DNA of 64,000 nucleotides from Eubacteriales bacterium (GTDB lineage Bacteria; Bacillota; Clostridia; Oscillospirales; CAG-272): positions 10,694 through 74,693 of the forward strand of contig JAZNXE010000028.1 of assembly GCA_045593725.1 (NCBI GenBank), given 5' to 3'. Positions 57,501-64,000 of this stretch are shown piece after piece (position 1 is the first letter of the stretch; every line of letters begins with the position of its first letter). Made by a program: the position numbers and the translations under genes. Under the pieces are notes generated by a model that saw only the letters and a list, made by a program, of their open reading frames with translations, made no database searches and was not told the origin of the DNA.

Positions 57501-58141
57501 GTCACGCAGTACCATTTGGAAAGAGAGTTACTGTCAGCGTAGGAGATGCGGTAAAGAAGGGTGATGCTCTTACCGACGGAAGCAAGGCTCCCGCGGATAT
57601 TATGAGAATATTCGATGACCCGAATGACCCCAACAGCCGCGATTACCTTGATAAGATATACGAGTATATCATTAAGGAAACTCAGAAGGTTTACCGTTCT
57701 CAGTCCTGTAACGTCAATGACAAGCATATTGAGATAATTGCCCGTCAGATGACAAGAAAGATACGCGTTTCCAATAACGGTGATACGAATCTTCTTGTAG
57801 ATTCTTTGGTGGATATGACCGAATTCGAGTCTGAAAACGATAAGATCAAGGCGAGAATAGAGGCGGGTGAGGAGCTTTCTCTCGCGGAAGGTAAGCCTGT
57901 GCTTCTGGGTATTACCAAGGCATCTCTCCAGACAGAATCCTTCCTGTCGGCGGCATCCTTCCAGGAGACCACCAAGGTTCTTACCGACGCTGCTATCAAG
58001 GGTAAGGTAGACCATCTTATCGGTCTTAAGGAAAACGTTATTATAGGTAAGCTCATTCCCGCGGGTACGGGTATGCAGTGCTACCACAATATAGACGTCG
58101 AGGAAGCAGCTGCTGAGGAAGATGCAGAGGAGCTTGCTTGA
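54557..58141 (+). CDS. rpoC: DNA-directed RNA polymerase subunit beta'
   Basis: Zn finger CMCGKYK...CEKCG, catalytic NADFDGDQM, and trigger loop/bridge helix strings. GTG start 7 nt after AAGGAG. Confidence 0.97.
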   Translation: MQRNEFDSIKIGLASPDMIREWSYGEVTKPETINYRTLKAEVGGLFCERIFGPTKDGACMCGKYKNSHNREVHKCEKCGVDVTTKKVRRERMGHIELVAPVSHIWYFKAIPSRMALVLDISPKLLEQVLYFADHIVLDPGATPLEKGTVLNEKQYQENRELYGDDFRVGMGAEAIKELLAGINIEELSAELKRELENSSGQKKMRIIKRLEVIEAFHKSGNRLEWMIMDVVPVLPADLRPMVQLDGGRFATSDINELYRRVISRNNRLKKIIEIHAPEIVIRNEKRMLQEAVDALIDNGRRGKPVTGPSNRPLKSLSELLRGKQGRFRQNLLGKRVDYSGRSVIVVGPSLKIYQCGLPKEMALELFKPFVVKRLEEIQRIGVKDALKKIEKAHENPCVWDALENVIKEHPVLLNRAPTLHRLSIQAFEPVLVEGRAIKLHPLVCTAFNADFDGDQMPVHVPLSAEAQAEARFLMLSANNLLKPMDGRAVAVPSQDMILGSYYLTMDKAGEPGEGRAFRDFNEAMMAYANGALGLHAPIKIRVTKEIDGVKKTKLIDATLGRLIFNAPIPQDLGFIRRDTEDSLFELEIQTVVKKKELGKLIDYCIKKHGSAVCAEMLDNIKEMGYKYSTRASYSISVYDMTIPEEKKEYIAAAQKKVDAINATYEEGLLTDEERYNNVIKVWEKTTNDVTAALQKGFDNYNPIKIMSDSGARGSIAQMRQLAGMRGLMFATNGKTIELPIKSNFREGLNILEYFMGAKGSRKSLSDTALRTADSGYLTRRLVDVSQDVIVREEKCDTTKGAWVEQIVDENNNTVLENLQDRIQGRYTIGEIINPNTGEVIVGDDEMISEEQANEIVGAGIERVYIRTAIQCHAKHGICAHCYGADLASGKPVKVGEAVGIIAAQSIGEPGTQLTMRTFHTGGVAGSDITQGLPRVEELFEARTPKKTSVLAEVDGTVELIEAGDVANTYVIYLKTGEGESIRHAVPFGKRVTVSVGDAVKKGDALTDGSKAPADIMRIFDDPNDPNSRDYLDKIYEYIIKETQKVYRSQSCNVNDKHIEIIARQMTRKIRVSNNGDTNLLVDSLVDMTEFESENDKIKARIEAGEELSLAEGKPVLLGITKASLQTESFLSAASFQETTKVLTDAAIKGKVDHLIGLKENVIIGKLIPAGTGMQCYHNIDVEEAAAEEDAEELA

Positions 58142-58186
58142 CGCTTAATGCGGCGCACTTTCTCTAAGTGTGCTAAGTAAATACAA

Positions 58187-58228
58187 AAAGGAACTGCCGT
58201 GAAATTTCACTGCAGTTCCTTTCGTTTG
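58187..58228 (+). terminator. rho-independent terminator after rpoC
   Basis: AAAGGAACTGC ... GCAGTTCCTTT followed by CGTTTG. Confidence 0.7.
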
Positions 58229-58352
58229 CTTTGCTATTTGTCAAAAAACAAGAGAATATACAAAATTTTTTTAAAAACACTTCCTTTTTTCGGAAAATAT
58301 GCTATAATAAAAATAAGTATGTGCTTAAAGCACAAAAAAATAGGAGGTTCAA

Positions 58353-59837
58353 ATGAACAAATTTTCTAAGCTGCTTGGGTTTGATCCCGTAGCAAAGAAA
58401 ACAAGTGTCAGAACCGAGATCATTGCGGGTATAGTTACCTTCCTTGCAATGGCTTATATTCTGACGGTCAATCCCAATTCCATTCTGTACGCAGGTACAG
58501 CCGATCCCAGATGGTCCTCGCTGTTCATAGCAACGGCGTTCGGTGCTATCATCGGTACGCTCCTTATGGCATTCCTCGCAAAGATGCCCTTGGCTCAGGC
58601 GTCCGGTATGGGTCTAAACTCTCTGGTTGGAAGTATAATCGGAGGCGGAGTCGGCGCGTTTGCTTACGGCTTTACCTTCTCGATCGGTCAGGCATTTATG
58701 ATGGTGCTGATATCCGGTATTATCTTCCTTATACTCTCTGTTGTTAAGATAGGCGGCAAGACCTTCCGCGAGCTTATATTCGACGGTATGCCCGTTGCTG
58801 TAAGAGGCGCTATATCGGTTGGTATAGGCCTGTTTATTGCTTACATCGGTTTCCAGAATGCAGGAGTTATCGTATCCAATCAGTTTACGCAGGTAGCTTT
58901 GGCAGACTTCACGAGCTGGGATGCATCTAAGACTGCTGTTCTCGCTCTCATCGGTCTTTTCCTGATAGCTATTTTGGACAAGCTTAATGTAAAGGGCTCT
59001 GTAATACTGGGTATCATCGGTGCTACTATTATCGGTATCCCCTTCGGTATTACCGACCTTTCGGTTCTTTCCGGTAACGTTCCCGGTATCTCTTGGAAGT
59101 TCTGGGAGAACTTTGGCAACTTCTTTACGGTTGGCGAAAACAGCGTTTTTGGCTCGTTTACTTCTGTATTTACCGAAGGATTCCCCACAGGCTCTGTTTT
59201 CACGGTTATTATGCTGGTTATTACTATGTGCATGATCGATATGTTTGATACTATGGGAACTATCGTTGGATGCTGCGGCGGCAACAGAATTCTCTCCGAT
59301 GAGAACGACAAGCCTCACAACTACGGCAAGATCATGATAAGCGACTCAGTAGCAACCTGCACGGGAGCTATGCTTGGCACATCTACGGTTACTACCTTCG
59401 TTGAGTCGGGTGCGGGTGTATCCGCGGGCGGAAGAACCGGTCTTACCGCTTTCACTACCGCTGTTATGTTTGCCTTGGCACTCTTTGCAATGCCCTTGTT
59501 CGCAGTTATCCCCTCTGCCGCTACGGCAGCAGCTCTTATCTACGTTGGCGTTCTTATGATGAAGAATAACGTTAAGAGCATCGACTTCGGTAATGCTATA
59601 AAGGCAACCTCCGCGTTCCTTACAGTTGTTGTAATGGTTCTTTCTTACTCCATCACTAAGGGTATCGGCGTTGGTCTTCTTTCCTACACGATTATGTCGG
59701 CGATTGCATACCTCTTCGGACTTATCAAGTACGCTGTCAAGAAGGACGAAAAGCCCGTTTGGGATATTTCGGTTGTGGCTATTATTGTGTCACTCCTCTT
59801 CTGCTTGTACTTCTTTGTTCCTACAACATTGTTCTGA
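58353..59837 (+). CDS. NCS2-family nucleobase permease (AzgA/PbuG-type adenine/guanine/hypoxanthine)
   Basis: N-terminus ...KTSVRTEIIAGIVTFLAMAYILTVNP... and a ~13-TM, 494-aa architecture typical of COG2252 permeases. Confidence 0.8.
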   Translation: MNKFSKLLGFDPVAKKTSVRTEIIAGIVTFLAMAYILTVNPNSILYAGTADPRWSSLFIATAFGAIIGTLLMAFLAKMPLAQASGMGLNSLVGSIIGGGVGAFAYGFTFSIGQAFMMVLISGIIFLILSVVKIGGKTFRELIFDGMPVAVRGAISVGIGLFIAYIGFQNAGVIVSNQFTQVALADFTSWDASKTAVLALIGLFLIAILDKLNVKGSVILGIIGATIIGIPFGITDLSVLSGNVPGISWKFWENFGNFFTVGENSVFGSFTSVFTEGFPTGSVFTVIMLVITMCMIDMFDTMGTIVGCCGGNRILSDENDKPHNYGKIMISDSVATCTGAMLGTSTVTTFVESGAGVSAGGRTGLTAFTTAVMFALALFAMPLFAVIPSAATAAALIYVGVLMMKNNVKSIDFGNAIKATSAFLTVVVMVLSYSITKGIGVGLLSYTIMSAIAYLFGLIKYAVKKDEKPVWDISVVAIIVSLLFCLYFFVPTTLF

Positions 59838-59856
59838 TAGGTAAACAGGAATTTCA

Positions 59857-59896
59857 TAAAAATTGAGGACAGAGTTTTTCTGTCCTCTTTTTTTTG
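59857..59896. terminator. bidirectional terminator between permease and eno
   Basis: AAAAATT, then GAGGACAG-AGTTTTT-CTGTCCTC, then TTTTTTTT. Confidence 0.85.
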
Positions 59897-59903
59897 CTTT
59901 GGA

Positions 59904-61205
<1,302 letters not shown>

Positions 61206-61316
61206 TTAAGCTTATTATTTCTCACACAGGGAATAAATATGCCCCGATAACAGAGAATTGGAAAAAGAGGGAAGAAAAATAAAATGTTAACAAAGTGTAA
61301 CCTTTGAAAAAAAGTA

Positions 61317-61345
61317 TTGAAAAAGGGATGAAAAAAAGGTACAAT
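61317..61345 (+). promoter_or_regulatory. sigma-A-type promoter of the PEPCK gene
   Basis: TTGAAA (61317-61322), 17-nt spacer, TACAAT (61340-61345). Confidence 0.55.
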
Positions 61346-61437
61346 ATATGATGGTGAAATTTGGAGATATCGGGTATAAATATTTTTGATATCTTTAATA
61401 CAGTTAAAAAATTTTTTACAAAGAAAGAGGGAAAAAC

Positions 61438-63219
61438 ATGACTCAAAACAAGTATGTTCTTAACTGGATCGATGAGATGGCGGCTATGACCAAGCCTGAC
61501 AAGATCGTTTGGATCGACGGTTCCGAGGAACAGGCTGAGGCTCTTCGCGCGCAAGCTTGCTCTACGGGAGAGATGATAAAGCTCAATGAAGAGCTTCTCC
61601 CCAACTGCTACCTGCACAGAACTGCAATAAATGACGTTGCCCGTGTGGAAGGCAGAACCTTTATCTGTACCTCCAAGAAAGAGGATGCGGGTAATATCAA
61701 TAACTGGATGGCTCCCGAGGAGTGCTACGCTAAGCTTTCTAAGCTTTACGCAGGCTCTATGAAGGGAAGAACCATGTATGTTATTCCTTATTCTATGAGT
61801 ATCGTAGGCTCTCCCTTCGCTAAGTACGGTATTGAGCTTACCGACTCTATCTACGTTGTTCTTAATATGCTTATTATGACAAGAGTTGGAACTAACGTTC
61901 TTGAGGCTCTTGGAGAGAGCGGAGATTTTATTAAGGGTCTTCACGCAAGAGCCGACATCGACGAGGAAAACCGTTATATCTGCCACTTCCCTGAGGATAA
62001 CACCATCTGGTCTGCAAACTCGGGCTACGGTGGAAACGTGCTTCTGGGTAAGAAGTGCTTCGCACTCCGTATAGCTTCCTACCTCGGACGTAAGGAAGGC
62101 TGGATGGCTGAGCATATGCTTATTCTCGGCGTTGAGTATCCCGACGGAGAAACAAAGTATATCTGCGCTGCTTTCCCCTCTGCTTGCGGAAAGACCAACC
62201 TCGCTATGCTTATTCCTCCGGAGTTCTATCGCAACAAGGGCTACAAGGTATGGTGCGTAGGCGACGATATCGCTTGGCTCCGTGTAGGTGAGGACGGAAG
62301 ACTTTGGGCGGTTAACCCCGAGAACGGATTCTTCGGTGTTGCTCCCGGAACCAACCTCAACTCTAACCCCAACGCTCTTTACACCACAATGAAGGATACC
62401 ATCTTCACCAACGTTGTTCATAATCTTGATAACAACACCGTTTGGTGGGAAGGTCTTGACAAGAATCCTCCCGCAAACGCTATTGACTGGAAGGGTAACG
62501 TATGGGATTACACTAAGTACGACAAGAAGGATAAGTCTACCTGCGGTGCTCATCCCAACAGCCGTTTCACAGCTCTTGCTGCCAACTGTCCTTGTCTGTC
62601 CTCTGAGTTCAACAATCCTAAGGGAGTTCCCGTATCCGCTATCGTATTCGGCGGACGCCGCGCGAAGACCGCTCCTCTGGTTTACCAGTCCACAAGCTGG
62701 CAGAACGGTGCGTTTGTTGGCTCTATCATGGCTTCCGAAACTACTGCTGCCGCAGCAGGCGCTGTTGGCGTAGTTCGCCGTGACCCCATGGCAATGAGAC
62801 CCTTCGTGGGCTACGATATGGGTGACTACTGGGCACACTGGCTCAAGATGGGCACACTCATTCCCAATCCTCCCAAGATATTCCACGTTAACTGGTTCAG
62901 AACCGACGACGAGGGTAACTTCATTTGGCCCGGATTTGGCGATAATATGAGAGTTCTTATGTGGATTCTCGCTCGCTGTGAGGGCAAGGTAGAGGCTAAC
63001 ATTACTCCTATCGGATACGTTCCCAATGCGGAGGATATCAATATCGAGGGACTTGACGGTGTTACCGTTGATACTATTCGCGACCTTCTCAGTGTTGACA
63101 CAGAGTCTTGGCTCGCTGATATCGAAAACATCAAGGAGTTCTACGCTCAGGTTGGCGATAGAGTTCCGGGCGCTATGTATGACGAGCTTGCAGCTCTTGA
63201 GGCAAGACTCAAGGCGTAA
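61438..63219 (+). CDS. pckG: phosphoenolpyruvate carboxykinase (GTP)
   Basis: 593 aa. FPSACGKTN (kinase-1a), CVGDDIAWL, and NWFR..DEGNFIWPGFGDN, typical of GTP-dependent PEPCK. Confidence 0.92.
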   Translation: MTQNKYVLNWIDEMAAMTKPDKIVWIDGSEEQAEALRAQACSTGEMIKLNEELLPNCYLHRTAINDVARVEGRTFICTSKKEDAGNINNWMAPEECYAKLSKLYAGSMKGRTMYVIPYSMSIVGSPFAKYGIELTDSIYVVLNMLIMTRVGTNVLEALGESGDFIKGLHARADIDEENRYICHFPEDNTIWSANSGYGGNVLLGKKCFALRIASYLGRKEGWMAEHMLILGVEYPDGETKYICAAFPSACGKTNLAMLIPPEFYRNKGYKVWCVGDDIAWLRVGEDGRLWAVNPENGFFGVAPGTNLNSNPNALYTTMKDTIFTNVVHNLDNNTVWWEGLDKNPPANAIDWKGNVWDYTKYDKKDKSTCGAHPNSRFTALAANCPCLSSEFNNPKGVPVSAIVFGGRRAKTAPLVYQSTSWQNGAFVGSIMASETTAAAAGAVGVVRRDPMAMRPFVGYDMGDYWAHWLKMGTLIPNPPKIFHVNWFRTDDEGNFIWPGFGDNMRVLMWILARCEGKVEANITPIGYVPNAEDINIEGLDGVTVDTIRDLLSVDTESWLADIENIKEFYAQVGDRVPGAMYDELAALEARLKA

Positions 63220-63230
63220 GCTTCTAAGTA

Positions 63231-63263
63231 AAAGGCGGGCGTTTTCCAATGCCCGCCTTTTTA
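63231..63263 (+). terminator. rho-independent terminator after the PEPCK gene
   Basis: AAAGGCGGGC - 10-nt loop - GCCCGCCTTT followed by TTAAT. Confidence 0.8.
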
Positions 63264-63378
63264 ATACAAAAAATAATATCGTTTTTTGTTCAATGTGCAT
63301 AAAGTTGCTCAAAAATAACCACAAAAAACCCAATCTATTGTGCAAAACGTAGATTTTTTGGGCTTGAGGTTATGCACC

Positions 63379-63407
63379 TTGACAAGGAAAGGAAAAAATG
63401 ATATAAT
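63379..63407 (+). promoter_or_regulatory. consensus sigma-A promoter of rpsL
   Basis: TTGACA (63379-63384), 17-nt spacer, TATAAT (63402-63407). Confidence 0.65.
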
Positions 63408-63480
63408 AAACTGCTATCGTTTGAAAGTAAGTAGGACGAGTTGTAAGCATTAAATTTTCAAGAAGGAGGAAAATGGTAGA

Positions 63481-63897
63481 ATGCCAACGTTTAACCAGCT
63501 TGTAAAGCAGGGTCGTCAGGATAAGGTTTATAAGTCTAAGGCTCCCGTTCTTCAGAAGGGCTTTAACTCTTTGAACAATGTTCCTACCGATCAGTCTTCT
63601 CCCCAGAAGAGAGGCGTTTGCACAAAGGTTTCAACCACCAGCCCCAAGAAGCCTAACTCCGCGCTCCGTAAGATCGCAAGAGTAAGACTTACCAACGGTA
63701 TGGATGCGACAACCTACATTCCCGGAATTGGACACAATCTTCAGGAGCACTCTGTAGTTCTTATCAGAGGCGGAAGAGTTCGTGACCTCCCCGGTGTACG
63801 TTATCACATCATCCGCGGTACCCTTGACGCGCAGGGTGTTGCAAACCGTAATCAGAGCCGTTCCAAGTACGGCGCAAAGAGACCGAAGAAGAAATAA
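63481..63897 (+). CDS. rpsL: 30S ribosomal protein S12
   Basis: [12 protein letters not shown]..., [30 protein letters not shown] and [26 protein letters not shown]. Confidence 0.96.
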   Translation: MPTFNQLVKQGRQDKVYKSKAPVLQKGFNSLNNVPTDQSSPQKRGVCTKVSTTSPKKPNSALRKIARVRLTNGMDATTYIPGIGHNLQEHSVVLIRGGRVRDLPGVRYHIIRGTLDAQGVANRNQSRSKYGAKRPKKK

Positions 63898-64000
63898 TTC
63901 GGTTTTTCAAGCAGGGTATAAAGCAATTTAAGTCGCATGGCAGTCTTTTTGTAAATTTAATGTTTAAAGACCTCCGTGTGCTTACAGAAGAATGCTTTTG

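Noticed and set aside
58229-58352. Looked for a purine riboswitch upstream of the nucleobase permease.
   Set aside because: The ~120-nt AT-rich region has only one small hairpin (GTGCTTAAAGCAC). It has no three-way junction and none of the conserved purine-aptamer loops.
63898-64000. Expected rpsG to start right after rpsL.
   Set aside because: No ATG with an RBS and no MPRKG-type start occurs in the last 100 nt. The gene presumably begins beyond the window, so nothing can be concluded.

Overview
64-kb chromosomal segment of a spore-forming Firmicute. Gene content and codon habit suggest Clostridia of the Oscillospiraceae/Ruminococcaceae type, but I cannot verify that here. I count about 43 protein genes and saw no rRNA, tRNA or CRISPR array by eye.

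Core content, left to right:
- ACT + UPF0210 gene pair
- sigK-like sporulation sigma factor
- PPi-type phosphofructokinase, ZIP permease, ldhA
- mgtE behind a structured leader
- metG / gpsA-like / tatD operon
- an atypical EF-G paralogue
- CPA2 antiporter
- a stand-alone TrpB2 gene behind a Trp (UGG) T-box
- recG
- a complete 9-gene ntp-type V-ATPase operon with Na+-site residues
- rplJ-rplL with an L10-type leader, inverted and detached from rpoB-rpoC
- a mecA / split sleC-like / PG-binding / clpC cluster
- an XPD/DinG-like helicase, an aminotransferase, a TIGR01212 radical-SAM gene
- cysK, rpsT, rpoB, rpoC, an NCS2 permease, eno, GTP-PEPCK, rpsL

The only clearly accessory stretch is about 46.1-48.9 kb. 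It holds a ~0.8-kb ORF-free, hairpin-dense tract with orphan terminators, a visibly low-G+C lipoprotein gene, and a decayed IS200/RAYT-like Y1 transposase gene. An imperfect inverted repeat brackets most of it.

The strongest leads are the split sleC-like gene inside a mecA-to-clpC cluster, the hairpin-dense tract, and the EF-G paralogue with a PGY motif. All calls rest on reading the sequence and on recalled family motifs. No database search or folding program was run.
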